Source of the DNA: an uncultured Burkholderiales bacterium
Lineage (GTDB): Bacteria > Pseudomonadota > Gammaproteobacteria > Burkholderiales > SHXO01
Assembly (NCBI GenBank): GCA_964570955.1
Contig: CAZNBS010000002.1
Coordinates: forward strand, 1 to 51,838
Length of the DNA stretch: 51,838 nt
Direction of reading: 5' to 3'
Shown: in pieces, positions 1 to 10,139 of the stretch
Numbering within the stretch: the stretch's first letter is position 1
Layout of the letters: each line of letters opens with the position of its first letter
Program-made: the position numbers and the translations under genes
Notes under the pieces: model-generated
Told to the model about the DNA's origin: nothing
Database searches by the model: none
The model's input: the letters and a program-made list of their open reading frames with translations, nothing else

Positions 1-2
1 TC

Positions 3-767
3 GCCGCCGCGGTCGCCGACGGCGTGCCGGTGCGCGCGGCGCAGCCCGCCGCGGCATGGGAGACCCTCGGGGTGAACAGCAAGGTGCAGCTTGCGGCGCT
101 CGAGCGCATCTACCAGCGCAACGTCGCCGAGGATCTGCTCGCGGCCGGCGTGACGCTCGCCGATCCGCAGCGGATCGACGTGCGCGGCATGCTCGCCTGC
201 GGATGCGACGTCGCGATTGACGTCAACTGCGTGTTCGAGGGCAGCGTGACGCTGGGTGACGGGGTGAGCATCGGCGCAAACTGCGTGCTGCGCGATGTGC
301 GCGTCGCGGCGGGCACCCGCGTGGAACCCTTCTGCCACATCGACGACGCCGAGATCGGCGCCAACTGCCGCATCGGACCCTACGCGCGCATCCGGCCGGA
401 TACGCGGCTCGCCGAGGCCGTCCACATCGGCAACTTCGTCGAGGTGAAGGCAAGCGAGATCGGCGCTGGCTCCAAGGCGAATCACCTCGCTTACGTCGGC
501 GACAGCTTGATCGGCCGCAACGTCAACGTGGGTGCGGGGACCATTACGTGCAACTACGACGGCGCGAGCAAGCACCGGACGGTGATCGAGGACGACGTGT
601 TCATCGGCTCTGACACGCAGCTCGTCGCGCCCGTACACATTGGACGCGGAGCCACGCTCGGAGCGGGCACGACGCTCGTGAAGGATGCGCCCGCAGATCA
701 GCTCACGTTGTCACGGGCACGGCAGGTTAGCGTGCCGGGATGGCGACGCCCTCGAAAGAAGCCCTGA
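3..767 (+). CDS. glmU: Bifunctional UDP-N-acetylglucosamine pyrophosphorylase / glucosamine-1-phosphate N-acetyltransferase, C-terminal part (5' end lies outside the window)
   Basis: The frame is open from nt 3 with no stop before the listed ORF at 24. Hexapeptide-repeat left-handed beta-helix acetyltransferase domain ([28 protein letters not shown]). It lies directly upstream of glmS, the classical glmUS arrangement. Confidence 0.9.
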   Translation, partial: AAAVADGVPVRAAQPAAAWETLGVNSKVQLAALERIYQRNVAEDLLAAGVTLADPQRIDVRGMLACGCDVAIDVNCVFEGSVTLGDGVSIGANCVLRDVRVAAGTRVEPFCHIDDAEIGANCRIGPYARIRPDTRLAEAVHIGNFVEVKASEIGAGSKANHLAYVGDSLIGRNVNVGAGTITCNYDGASKHRTVIEDDVFIGSDTQLVAPVHIGRGATLGAGTTLVKDAPADQLTLSRARQVSVPGWRRPRKKP

Positions 768-942
768 TCTCCGGCACCCCGAGCGCGCCGCGCGCGAGGC
801 GCCATTTGCGCTGAGCGGACCGTCTCTTGCTCGCGCCAAGACTGCAAAACACTGTCACAGATCGGGCAAATATCGCGGTCATGCGTAGCAGCATTCGCGG
901 ACAATGGCGGTCATTTCAAGCGTGCCCGATTAAGGTGGAGAC

Positions 943-2763
943 ATGTGCGGCATCGTCGGCGCCGTCGCGCGGCGTAACATAGTTCCGGTATTGTTGGAGG
1001 GCCTCAAGCGGCTTGAGTATCGAGGCTACGATTCGGCTGGAATCGCTGTCCTGAATGGTGGCCTGCAGCGCTGGCGGACTTCCGGCCGCGTCGCCGAGCT
1101 CGCTGGCCTCGCCGAGCGCGAGCTCGCTTCCGGCGCGACTGGAATCGCACATACCCGGTGGGCCACGCACGGCGTTCCTTCGGAGCGCAACGCCCACCCT
1201 CACGTGTCCAGCGGTCTCGCCGTGGTGCACAATGGCATCATCGAGAATCACGCAGGCATGCGCAGGCGGCTCGAGGACGTGGGCTATCGGTTCGACTCCG
1301 ATACGGACACGGAAGTCATTGCGCACCTCATTCACCGGCACCTGAGCTCGTCGCGCGACTTGTTGGCCGCAGTCGCGGCGGCGATCGCCGAGCTGGATGG
1401 CGCCTATGCGATCGCGGTCATCGCGCAGAGCGAACCGGACCACATAATCGTTGCCCGCAAGGGCGCCCCGCTCGTGCTTGGCGTTGGTGAAGGCGAGAGA
1501 TTCGCGGCGTCGGACGTGTCTGCGCTCCTGCAAGTCACCCAACGGGTCGTCTACCTCGAGGAAGGCGATGTCGCCGAGCTGCGTGTCGACGGGCACCGCA
1601 TCGTCGACGACGCCGGAAAACCGGTCGAGCGGCCCGTGCACGAGAGCAACTTGACGTCCGCCTCTGTCGAGCTTGGCCCCTACCGCCACTTCATGCAGAA
1701 GGAGATATTCGAGCAACCCGGCGCAGTGGCGAATACGCTCGAGCTGGTGGCAAACGTGAAATCCGTAGCCCCGCAGCTCTTCGGTGCCGAGGCGGAAAGT
1801 CTTCTTCGCGACGTCGATGCAGTGCTTGTGCTCGCGTGCGGAACGAGCTTTCACGCCGGGGCAGTCGCTCGTTACTGGATCGAGTCGATCGCGGCCATAC
1901 CCTGTGCAGTCGAGATCGCAAGCGAGTACCGCTACCGCCGCACCGTGCCGAATCCGCGTCAGCTCATCGTGACCATTTCGCAATCCGGAGAGACCGCAGA
2001 CACGATTGCCGCGCTCAGGCACGCAGTATCGCTCGGTCAGGAGCGCACGCTCACGATCTGCAATGTGCCAGAGAGCGCGCTGGTTAGGCAGTCCAAGTTG
2101 CGGTTTCTCACCCGTGCTGGTCCGGAGATTGGCGTCGCGTCGACCAAGGCGTTCACGACGCAGCTCGCGGCGCTATTCCTGCTCACGCTGGTGCTCGCCC
2201 GGCTCCGTGGGAGGCTCGGCGACTCCGAGCAGGGCCAGCACCTCACGGCGTTGCGGCATCTCCCATCTGCGCTGCAGGCTGTGTTGGGATGCGAATCCGA
2301 GGTTATCGGGTGGGCCCGGCGCTTTGCTTCGAAGCATCACGCGCTGTTCTTGGGTCGCGGAATCCATTATCCGATCGCATCAGAAGGCGCGCTTAAGCTG
2401 AAGGAGATTTCCTATATTCACGCCGAGGCTTATGCAGCCGGGGAGCTCAAGCACGGACCGCTCGCCCTTGTGGACAGCGATATGCCCGTTGTTGCTGTAG
2501 CGCCAAGCGATGCTCTGCTGGAGAAGCTCAAGTCGAATCTGCAGGAGGTTCGCGCCCGAGGCGGCGAGCTCTTCGTCTTCGCAGATCGCGATGCGCAAAT
2601 CGAGGACGGAGCCAATGTCATTCGTCTCACGGATTACGCCGGAGCCCTGTCGCCAATCCTGCACGTTGTGCCATTGCAGCTGCTCGCCTATCACACCGCC
2701 ATCGAGCGCGGAACCGACGTGGACAAGCCGCGGAACCTCGCCAAGTCGGTGACCGTGGAGTAG
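943..2763 (+). CDS. glmS: Glutamine--fructose-6-phosphate aminotransferase (isomerising)
   Basis: 606 aa. N-terminal MCGIVGAV class-II amidotransferase nucleophile, two SIS domains ([20 protein letters not shown]), canonical C-terminus AKSVTVE. RBS GGTGGAG a few nt upstream of the ATG. Confidence 0.97.
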   Translation: MCGIVGAVARRNIVPVLLEGLKRLEYRGYDSAGIAVLNGGLQRWRTSGRVAELAGLAERELASGATGIAHTRWATHGVPSERNAHPHVSSGLAVVHNGIIENHAGMRRRLEDVGYRFDSDTDTEVIAHLIHRHLSSSRDLLAAVAAAIAELDGAYAIAVIAQSEPDHIIVARKGAPLVLGVGEGERFAASDVSALLQVTQRVVYLEEGDVAELRVDGHRIVDDAGKPVERPVHESNLTSASVELGPYRHFMQKEIFEQPGAVANTLELVANVKSVAPQLFGAEAESLLRDVDAVLVLACGTSFHAGAVARYWIESIAAIPCAVEIASEYRYRRTVPNPRQLIVTISQSGETADTIAALRHAVSLGQERTLTICNVPESALVRQSKLRFLTRAGPEIGVASTKAFTTQLAALFLLTLVLARLRGRLGDSEQGQHLTALRHLPSALQAVLGCESEVIGWARRFASKHHALFLGRGIHYPIASEGALKLKEISYIHAEAYAAGELKHGPLALVDSDMPVVAVAPSDALLEKLKSNLQEVRARGGELFVFADRDAQIEDGANVIRLTDYAGALSPILHVVPLQLLAYHTAIERGTDVDKPRNLAKSVTVE

Positions 2764-3025
2764 CGGGAGCCGCACACCGGGGCCGATAAGGCGCCCGGCC
2801 ACGCTCCGCTCTAGTCCAACCGGGTTCAGGAACTTCCAGCGGCAGGCAGTGCGCACGCAATTACCCAAGCCTGAGTTCGAGCCGCTGCGGCGGCGCTCGC
2901 GAGAAAAATCCGCCCCCGATGCATGCGCTGACGGCCGACAGCGTCGCAAGTCCGCGGCGCGGCGCCGCGAAGGCGCAAAGTGCGCCGCACGCTGAGCGTA
3001 TCGAGTCCGCGACCGCGCGAGTGCC

Positions 3026-4054
3026 ATGGCTAGGTCCTTCAAGCGACGGTTCCTGATCCTCTGCCGCACCCTGGGGCTATTCCGACTGACTCGCCGGCTT
3101 GTCGCGCGCCGATTGCTGATTCTCTGCTACCACGGATTCTGCGCCGGTGACGAAGCGAGATTCCGGCCGAAGCTGTTCATGGCGGCAGAGACGTTCGCGG
3201 GCCGCATGGACGTACTCAAGACAAGCGGCTCGCCGATACTTGAGCTCGAGGAGGCGCTCCGACGCCTTTCCGCGGGTACGCTTCCGCCGAATGCCGTAGT
3301 CGTCACGATCGACGACGGTTTCCATGGCGTATACGATCGCGCACTGCCTGTCCTCGAGCAGAGAGGGATTCCCGCCACTGTCTACGTGACCTCGTACCAT
3401 GTCCTGAAGCAGACGCCGGTCTTCCGCCTCGTCGTCCAGTACATGTTCTGGAGGACGAGGACGGCCACGCTGGACTGCACCGATTGGCGATGGCTCGACG
3501 ACAGCGGGAAGATCGCGCTCGAGCCCGCCAAGCGAAACGCGGTCGCGATGCGGGTAGTCGCACATGGCGAGGCGCTGGCGACCGAGGCCGAGCGCGAAGC
3601 GCTGCTCTGCCGACTCGGCGAGAAACTCGCAGTCGATTACGAGGAGCTCAAGCATCGACGCGTATTCACTCTAATGAGCCAGGACGAGCTTGCCCGCGCC
3701 GTCACGCGTGGCCTGGATATCCAACTACATACGCACCGCCATCGATTTCCTCCGGATGACCCCGTCGCGTGCGCGCGAGAGATCCTGGATAACCGCAGTG
3801 CACTCGAACCGAGTCTCGCCTATTCACCGACTCACTTCTGCTATCCGAGCGGCGTATGGCGTGAGCAGCATTGGACGACGCTCGAGGCGACCGGCGTGCG
3901 CAGCGCGGTGACGTGCGATCCCGGCTTCAACGACGCGAGCACACCGCGGTTCGCGTTGAAGCGATTCTTGGACGGGGAGGACGTGAGCGCCATCGAGTTC
4001 GAAGCCGAGGTCTCCGGATTCACGCAGCTGCTGCGCGCCCTACTTCGCCGCTAA
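3026..4054 (+). CDS. Polysaccharide deacetylase family protein (CE4-like)
   Basis: 342 aa. NodB-type motif VVVTIDDGFHGVYDRALPVLEQRGIPATVYV and downstream His-rich motif (LHTHRH). N-terminal hydrophobic segment. Confidence 0.8.
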   Translation: MARSFKRRFLILCRTLGLFRLTRRLVARRLLILCYHGFCAGDEARFRPKLFMAAETFAGRMDVLKTSGSPILELEEALRRLSAGTLPPNAVVVTIDDGFHGVYDRALPVLEQRGIPATVYVTSYHVLKQTPVFRLVVQYMFWRTRTATLDCTDWRWLDDSGKIALEPAKRNAVAMRVVAHGEALATEAEREALLCRLGEKLAVDYEELKHRRVFTLMSQDELARAVTRGLDIQLHTHRHRFPPDDPVACAREILDNRSALEPSLAYSPTHFCYPSGVWREQHWTTLEATGVRSAVTCDPGFNDASTPRFALKRFLDGEDVSAIEFEAEVSGFTQLLRALLRR

Positions 4055-4539
4055 AAACCGCCCCGAGATTTGCACATGCGCGCGCAGAAGCGGACGAGCG
4101 CGACGCACGACCCGTGTAGACCCCCTCCTGGCGAGCGTATTGGCATTTCGAGATAGGTTCTAACCCGGGATCCTCGCAGGGAATCGAGATGATCGCGCGG
4201 CGCCCGTAACGGTCGGCGCGCGCCAGCGCTCGACCAGCGCGGCGCATGAAGCGCCCTCGACCCAAGAGATCATCAGGCTCCCCGTTCGAGCACCACTTGC
4301 CGCGATCATCAGGGGAGGCCCTGTGAGACACCCGGGCGAGGCATGGAAACGGGCGTGCTTCCCTCCCGAAGTCCAGGGCTACCCCGCGCCGTTAGTTCAC
4401 GAGGCTACCTCGCTAGGGCGACTCGCGGGTTCCAGCGCGAAGGACGGTTGCGCCAGCCGTCCAGTTCTGCGGGAATGACCGAATTCGTGCATCCAGACTT
4501 ACAACAAGTGTCAACTTCCCTCGATCACGTCACCTTTTG

Positions 4540-4555
4540 TGGCACCGTCGCAGCG
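4540..4555 (+). promoter_or_regulatory. Candidate sigma54-type -24/-12 element (TGGCACC-GTCG-CAGCG)
   Basis: Perfect TGGCAC -24 box, and a GC dinucleotide at the canonical spacing (GG-N10-GC). The -12 box is CAGC rather than TTGC. It lies about 200 nt upstream of the ORF at 4754 in a 700 nt non-coding gap. Confidence 0.15.
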
Positions 4556-4753
4556 GGACGTGGCGCACGGGAGCTAGACTTAGCATTGCGTAACCTAATC
4601 GAGCCCGGAGCACGCCGGCACCCGCGGAGTTCACATCGATAGGCGCTGCAGGCGCGATATCGTCGCCGCGAACCCGAGGCGCGCACGTCTAGGCGAGTGC
4701 GTCGGCGGAGCGATAACCGACCTCAGCGCAAATAGGGAGAGTTCTCTACGCAT

Positions 4754-5446
4754 ATGCAGATTCGACTGGATCCCTACTACGCCAACGCCATAACGGAACT
4801 TCGCAGGTCGACGTCCGTCGTGCGTACGATGAGGAGCGTGCTGACGAAGGCGCCGATCTCCCGCCCGCGCAAGTCGTTCAGTATCTACAAGTTCGACACG
4901 CTGGTTCCGATCCCCATGGAGCAGACTCTTGCGCAGTCAGACATCACAATCAGGCCGGGGTCGCAGGCCGACCTGACCCGCATGGAGGGTATGGAAACAT
5001 GGCGCGACATCGACGTCTACCGGGACTGGCTTGCGAGAGGGCGTCACCTTCTCATCGCCGAGGAGCGGGGCGAGATCGTTTCCTATAGTTGGCAAGACTT
5101 CGGTGAGCAGTTCGTCATAGAGCAAGTTCCAGAGCTTCGATATCGACTGAGCGAGGATGCGTGCTACGGCGACGAGTCCTACACTCCGGTGGCGCACCGT
5201 GGCCGTGGACTCAGGCGTCTGTTGTTCGTGGCAGAGCGCCAGCTTGCCAGAGCTAGAGGGCGAAGATTCGTCGTAGCCTATTTCATGTCCAAGCGCGCGG
5301 CCGAAGACGCGCTGCGCAATTTTGAGCGACTTGGGGTGCCGCGGGGAGTCGCACTTCACGAAGTAGTTCTGTGGAACTTCGGCGGATTGCGAATCGCGAG
5401 CGCGAGAGCGCTGGCGGAAGATCGCACCATAAGATGCCTGGACTAG
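4754..5446 (+). CDS. GNAT-family N-acetyltransferase (putative)
   Basis: 230 aa. Acetyl-CoA binding-type motif VAHRGRGLRRLLFVAERQLARARG and overall GNAT-like beta-alpha pattern. AGGGAGAG purine tract about 12 nt upstream of the ATG. The start could be an internal Met. Confidence 0.55.
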   Translation: MQIRLDPYYANAITELRRSTSVVRTMRSVLTKAPISRPRKSFSIYKFDTLVPIPMEQTLAQSDITIRPGSQADLTRMEGMETWRDIDVYRDWLARGRHLLIAEERGEIVSYSWQDFGEQFVIEQVPELRYRLSEDACYGDESYTPVAHRGRGLRRLLFVAERQLARARGRRFVVAYFMSKRAAEDALRNFERLGVPRGVALHEVVLWNFGGLRIASARALAEDRTIRCLD

Positions 5447-5594
5447 GAAGGCCGTGCAGGATGCTGCGCAGGCAACTTCGCGCTTTTCGGGCAAGTAGGA
5501 ACGCTTCCCAAGTCGTGGCCTGCTCGAATGGAGTTTCCCATCGGTTTAGCGGACTCGGGAGCATTCGGAGCACGATCCGAGTGCGGGGCGTTGA

Positions 5595-6323
5595 TTGATC
5601 TACGTATGTGAGCACCACGATGCGGTGCTTCAGATCTGGCGCCAGCAGGAGGCACGCCAGATTTCGTTGACACACGTGGATTTCCACGACGATCTGCGTG
5701 GACTCGTGGTCGATCGGCGCAGGCGTCGCGCGTATGCGGTGGCGGGCGGACTCGAAGAGGTCGATGTCGGCAACTACCTGGCGCATGCGGTGCTCGAGCG
5801 GCGTATCGAACGCGTGCAGTGGGTTCACGATATTCCCGGCGGCCGAATGTACGACTGGGGGATCGTCCGTTACGAAAGCGACATCAGAGCGGTGCCTGAT
5901 CGGCTGTGGCGCGCGATCCGCAGGAGTGCAGAAGTGCCGTTTTCCTTCGAGGAGTCGCTTCTGTCGGACTGGCGCGGTGTTCCTCACGGAGATCGGCTGT
6001 CCGTTTGCTGGGATTGCTTTGCCTCGATCCTTCAGGACCCGTCGGGCACAAGAGGTCGGGTGGAGGTATTCCTGGAGCGTCTCGGCAGTGCCATTCCGCC
6101 GGACACATATCTTGCCTACTCGCCGGACTATTGCGTCGCAGAGCATCTACCATTGTTCCTCGATCTAGTCGAGACACTGTCCCAGCGATTCGGCCAGCCG
6201 GTGACATGGCTCTCGCCGAATCTTCGCATCGGCGAGGTTCACCCAGAAGGAAACGACGCGCGCCTGCCGACGGGGTGGCTATCACGGTCCGTTTTCTGGC
6301 TTCATCGCAAGGGGATTTACTAG
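5595..6323 (+). CDS. Hypothetical protein, UPF0489-like (arginase/deacetylase-fold family, recalled from memory)
   Basis: 242 aa, TTG start. The N-terminal pattern VCEHHDAVLQIW...SLTHVDFHDDL resembles the EDHHEVL...HFDSHPDL signature I recall for UPF0489 proteins. Confidence 0.5.
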   Translation: MIYVCEHHDAVLQIWRQQEARQISLTHVDFHDDLRGLVVDRRRRRAYAVAGGLEEVDVGNYLAHAVLERRIERVQWVHDIPGGRMYDWGIVRYESDIRAVPDRLWRAIRRSAEVPFSFEESLLSDWRGVPHGDRLSVCWDCFASILQDPSGTRGRVEVFLERLGSAIPPDTYLAYSPDYCVAEHLPLFLDLVETLSQRFGQPVTWLSPNLRIGEVHPEGNDARLPTGWLSRSVFWLHRKGIY

Positions 6324-6926
6324 TCGCAGGAATGGTTGATCTGCGGGCTCGCCGTGTACGCACGGACCGCGCATCGACAGGGCTTCGCCTTCACTGCGCG
6401 CACGTGCTCGGGTCAGGTCGCATAGCCGCCGCGCTCGTGGCTTGCCATGCGGTGGCCTCGGTGCAGCAACTCCACCGTTTGCCGCGTGATGCGCGCCTCG
6501 AGGTCCCAGCGCACCAGAGGGCGCAGTACGGTCAAGCCGGGTGTGGCTTCGCTATTCGCGGGTGGCCACGTCGGTTGAGGCCATACCAAGCGCCAACTAG
6601 CGGCCAGGCGCTTGCGCGGGGCCAGGTGCCTCGCGCACGAGCCCGCCGCCATTCGCCAGCGTATGATGGATGGATCTTCCGCGCCGGATGGCTCTGGTCG
6701 GCTCGAGCGCAAAAAAATCGTGAAACTTTGTGAACTGATGGGATTTGTGCCCGGTACATTTCAAAATTTCCGCTCGTACGGGCCGTCACACGGCGCGCTC
6801 TGCGGATAGAATCCACGGTCAGCAACTCGACTATGATTTCGGCATATCGATCTGTGCAATGGCGGGATCTTTGCCTTCTGCCGCTCTTGCCGCGAAGGGT
6901 GATTGATCATTAAGCAGGGGGAAATC

Positions 6927-7562
6927 ATGATGCGGTCAGTCGAATCCAGAACCTTCAACGCGTGGATGCGCAAAGCAGCGGTCGTCGCTGCGCTCGCCCT
7001 GCTGGGAGCCTGTGCAACAAGCGACCACCCGCCGGCGCCGCGCGATGCCGCGGCACCAGAGTACAAGTACCTGATCGGGCCGTTAGACACGGTGAACATA
7101 ATCGTGTGGCGGAACCCAGAGCTCTCGCTCAGCGTTCCCGTCCGCCCCGACGGGAAGATCACTACGCCACTGGTTGAGGATCTTCCGGCGCTCGGCAAGG
7201 ATCCGACGACGCTGGCGCGCGACATCGAGAAGTCTCTCTCGCGGTACGTTCGCGACCCGGTCGTCACCGTCATCGTAACCAGCTTCGCCGGGCCGTATAG
7301 CGAGCAGATCCGGGTCATCGGTGAGGCTGCGCGCCCGCAGATACTCGCGTACCGGCAGAAAATGACGGTCCTGGACGTAATGATCGCCGTGGGCGGGCTC
7401 ACCGACTTTGCGAACGGGAATGCGGCGACCATCCTGAGGACGTCCGAGGGCGACAAGCTGTATAGCGTGCGCTTGACGGACCTCGTCAAGCGAGGCGACA
7501 TTTCGGCGAACGTCGAAATGAAGCCTGGCGACGTCCTAGTAATTCCACAAAGTTGGTTCTGA
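6927..7562 (+). CDS. Polysaccharide export outer-membrane lipoprotein (Wza/OPX-like, PEP-CTERM-locus type)
   Basis: Lipobox LALLGAC. Poly_export-type motif YLIGPLDTVNIIVWRNPELS and C-terminal PGDVLVIPQSWF. GGGGGA RBS 4 nt before ATG 6927. The track ORF begins at TTG 6903. Confidence 0.85.
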   Translation: MMRSVESRTFNAWMRKAAVVAALALLGACATSDHPPAPRDAAAPEYKYLIGPLDTVNIIVWRNPELSLSVPVRPDGKITTPLVEDLPALGKDPTTLARDIEKSLSRYVRDPVVTVIVTSFAGPYSEQIRVIGEAARPQILAYRQKMTVLDVMIAVGGLTDFANGNAATILRTSEGDKLYSVRLTDLVKRGDISANVEMKPGDVLVIPQSWF

Positions 7563-7637
7563 CTTCTTGGCCGCGGCCCGTCCGCTCTTTCCTCTGAGGT
7601 GGACGCCGACCAACCCAACCTAACGGACCGATGAAGC

Positions 7638-9197
7638 ATGGACGATCAGCTTAGACAAGTAATGACCTCTCTGCATGGGATGTGGCGTCGCCGGTGGGTC
7701 GGCCTGACAGCCGCCTGGATCGTCGGCATCATCGCTGCGATCGTCGCTCTCAAGACTCCCGAGCAGTACGAGGCAACTGCGCGCTTCAAGATCGATACCC
7801 AGTCGATTCTTCGGCCGCTTCTGTCAGGCCTCGCTGCCGAGGCTGAGCTGCCGGAGCCCCATGTACAGGTCGCGATGCTGAGCAGGACTCTAGTGAGCCG
7901 CCCGAACGTACAGCGACTCGTCCAAGCTATCGGAATCGACAAGAGCAACACGGATCCGGCGGAAGTGGACGAGCTGGTCTCGGACCTCCTGCAACGTATC
8001 AAGGTGATCAGCGAGGGCGAGGAGTTGGAGGTTTTCACGCTTTCGGTGCGTCATCCGGATCCTGAGATGGCCGAGCGAGTCGCCGGCGGTATGGTCACCG
8101 TGCTGATGGAGTCGACTGCCGGATTGAAGCGCCAGGATGCCGATCAGGCCCAGAAGTTCCTCGACGAGCAGATCAAGCTGTACGAGCATCGGCTCGACGA
8201 GGCGGAAAGCCGCTTGAAGGGCTTCAAACTGCGCAACTTGCAGCTTACGGGCGAGGGACGTGACTATCTCACGCGCATGAGCGTCGCGCAGGAGGAACTC
8301 GGCAAGGCGCGGCTCGAGCTGCGTGCTGCCGAGAACTCCCGCGACGCACTGAGGCGGGAACTCGCAGGCGAGCAGCCGATAGTGCTGGCGCAGCCGGAAA
8401 ACATGACGCGCATGGCGGTTCCCGAGATCGACGGACGGTTGGACGCGCAACGCAAGCAGCTTGACGAGCTCAAGCGCCGGTATACCGACGCCCACCCCGA
8501 CGTGGTGGCGACGAAGCGCTTGATCGCGCAGCTGGAGACGGAGCGCAAGCAGATCATTCAGGCACGCCATCAGGCTGCAGCGTCAAGTGGTGGCAGCCTG
8601 TCCGACAACCCCGTGATTCAACAGCTCCGGGTTTCGCTCTCCACGGCCGAGGCGAACGTGGCGTCGCTCCAGGCGCGTGTCGCGGAGCTGAACTCCCGCT
8701 ACGCGACGATGCGTGCGGAAGCAGAGCGTATGCCGCAGATCGAAGCGGAGCTTGCGCAGCTGAATAGAGACTACGACGTTCAGCACAAGAACTATCAGGA
8801 ACTGATCGCGCGGCGCGAAGCCGCCGGTATGTCCGGTCGAGTGGGGGCTGCCGGCGTCGACGCCAGATTCCGCGTGATCGAGCCGGCGCGCGCGTCGCGC
8901 GAACCGGTGATGCCGACCCGGCTCGTAATGCTGGTCGGTGCGCTTGCTGCTGCGCTTGCAGCGGGGCTTGCCGCGTCGCTGGCAGCGAGCCTAGTCGCCC
9001 CCGTAGTGCACGACACCCGTGCGCTGCGGGAAGTTGCGCAGCGCCCGGTATTGGGCGCTGTGTCAATGGCATCCAGCAAGACGCAAGCATCGAGGGAGTT
9101 TCGCCACGGCGCAGCGTTCCTAGGCGGCCTGGGCGGGTTGATCGCGATCTTCTTCGTCCTGCTTTACGTTATGACCGTCGCAGTACCAAAGATCTAA
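7638..9197 (+). CDS. Polysaccharide chain-length determinant (Wzz/PCP family, PEP-CTERM-locus type)
   Basis: 519 aa. N-terminal TM (WVGLTAAWIVGIIAAIVAL), long coiled-coil periplasmic region, C-terminal TMs. Position between the export protein and the kinase. Confidence 0.85.
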   Translation: MDDQLRQVMTSLHGMWRRRWVGLTAAWIVGIIAAIVALKTPEQYEATARFKIDTQSILRPLLSGLAAEAELPEPHVQVAMLSRTLVSRPNVQRLVQAIGIDKSNTDPAEVDELVSDLLQRIKVISEGEELEVFTLSVRHPDPEMAERVAGGMVTVLMESTAGLKRQDADQAQKFLDEQIKLYEHRLDEAESRLKGFKLRNLQLTGEGRDYLTRMSVAQEELGKARLELRAAENSRDALRRELAGEQPIVLAQPENMTRMAVPEIDGRLDAQRKQLDELKRRYTDAHPDVVATKRLIAQLETERKQIIQARHQAAASSGGSLSDNPVIQQLRVSLSTAEANVASLQARVAELNSRYATMRAEAERMPQIEAELAQLNRDYDVQHKNYQELIARREAAGMSGRVGAAGVDARFRVIEPARASREPVMPTRLVMLVGALAAALAAGLAASLAASLVAPVVHDTRALREVAQRPVLGAVSMASSKTQASREFRHGAAFLGGLGGLIAIFFVLLYVMTVAVPKI

Positions 9198-9207
9198 GAG
9201 GCCGCGC

Positions 9208-10128
9208 GTGGAAACTACGATCGAGAAAGCTGCCGAACGGCTCGCCCAACTTCGCCGCGCCGGCGTCGAGGTTCCGTCCTTCGAGGCGAGCGCAGTCGGA
9301 GGATCGGCATCGGAGAGAGATGACTGCGCTACGATATCCGATCCTGCCGCTGACGCACGGCACTCAACCCGTGACGGAGCGAGCCCGGAAGTCGTGATCG
9401 ATTTCGCGCGGCTCGCGGGCGCCGGCATGATCACGCCGGATGATCTGCAGTCGCAGATCGCCGACGAGTTCCGCCTCATCAAGCGCCCCTTGCTGGATAA
9501 CGTGCGTGCGAGCTCCAGATCGCCCGAACAGCGCGCCAATCTCATCATGATCACGAGCGCGCTCGCCGGCGAGGGCAAGACATTCGTGGCCGTCAATCTT
9601 GCGTTGAGTATCGCGATGGAGATGGACTACAGAGTGCTCCTCGTCGAGGCCGACGCGCGACGTCCCTCCGTCTTGAGCACGCTCGGTTTACCCGCGTCGC
9701 GCGGACTGATCGACGTGCTCGTCGATCCCGGAGTTCGCCTCGGCGATGTGCTGCTGCGCACCAGTTTGCCCAGGCTGTCCGTGCTCCCGGTGGGATCGCA
9801 TCATGCGCGCGCGGCCGAGTTGCTCTCGAGCCAGAGCATGACCGTGTTGGCGCGAGAGCTGTCGAGCCGGTACTCCGATCGAATCATTATCTTCGATACG
9901 CCGCCGATTCTTTCGAGTGCCGAGGCGCGCGCGCTTGCGATGCACGTAGGCCAGATTGTCGTGGTCGTTGCAGCCGGCTCGACTAGCAACAGCGCGCTCC
10001 GGCACGCGTTGGAGACGCTGGAGAGCCGCCCCACAGTCATGACCATGCTCAACAAGGTGACCGGGTCCAGTCAGGCATACGCGCGTGAAGAATACGGTGG
10101 GCGGCCAGCGAGGGCGACGCAGGCCTGA
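9208..10128 (+). CDS. Exopolysaccharide tyrosine autokinase-like ATPase (BY-kinase catalytic subunit)
   Basis: 306 aa, GTG start with AAGAGG RBS. Walker A ITSALAGEGKTFVAVNLA, Walker A' LLVEADARRP, Walker B IIIFDTPP. Follows the Wzz-like gene. Confidence 0.8.
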   Translation: METTIEKAAERLAQLRRAGVEVPSFEASAVGGSASERDDCATISDPAADARHSTRDGASPEVVIDFARLAGAGMITPDDLQSQIADEFRLIKRPLLDNVRASSRSPEQRANLIMITSALAGEGKTFVAVNLALSIAMEMDYRVLLVEADARRPSVLSTLGLPASRGLIDVLVDPGVRLGDVLLRTSLPRLSVLPVGSHHARAAELLSSQSMTVLARELSSRYSDRIIIFDTPPILSSAEARALAMHVGQIVVVVAAGSTSNSALRHALETLESRPTVMTMLNKVTGSSQAYAREEYGGRPARATQA

Positions 10129-10139
10129 TTGAGGAAGCG

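Noticed and set aside
916-2022. 368-aa minus-strand ORF
   Set aside because: It is antisense to glmS, whose identity is unambiguous.
4156-4166. GGTTCTAACCC, resembling a tRNA T-loop (GGTTCGAATCC)
   Set aside because: The flanking bases cannot form a 5-bp T-stem (ATAGG versus CCGGG), and no acceptor or anticodon arms could be built. It is not a tRNA.
6453-6468. TGGCCT-N-CAGCA sigma54-like match upstream of the export gene
   Set aside because: Both boxes are poor. Such partial matches are expected by chance in GC-rich DNA.
6324-6926. 580-nt gap before the EPS core, scanned for small PEP-CTERM precursor genes or RNA genes
   Set aside because: No ORF has a signal peptide together with a PEP/TM/basic C-terminus, and the listed ORFs are Arg-rich. 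This is probably the promoter/leader region of the operon, and no specific element could be supported.
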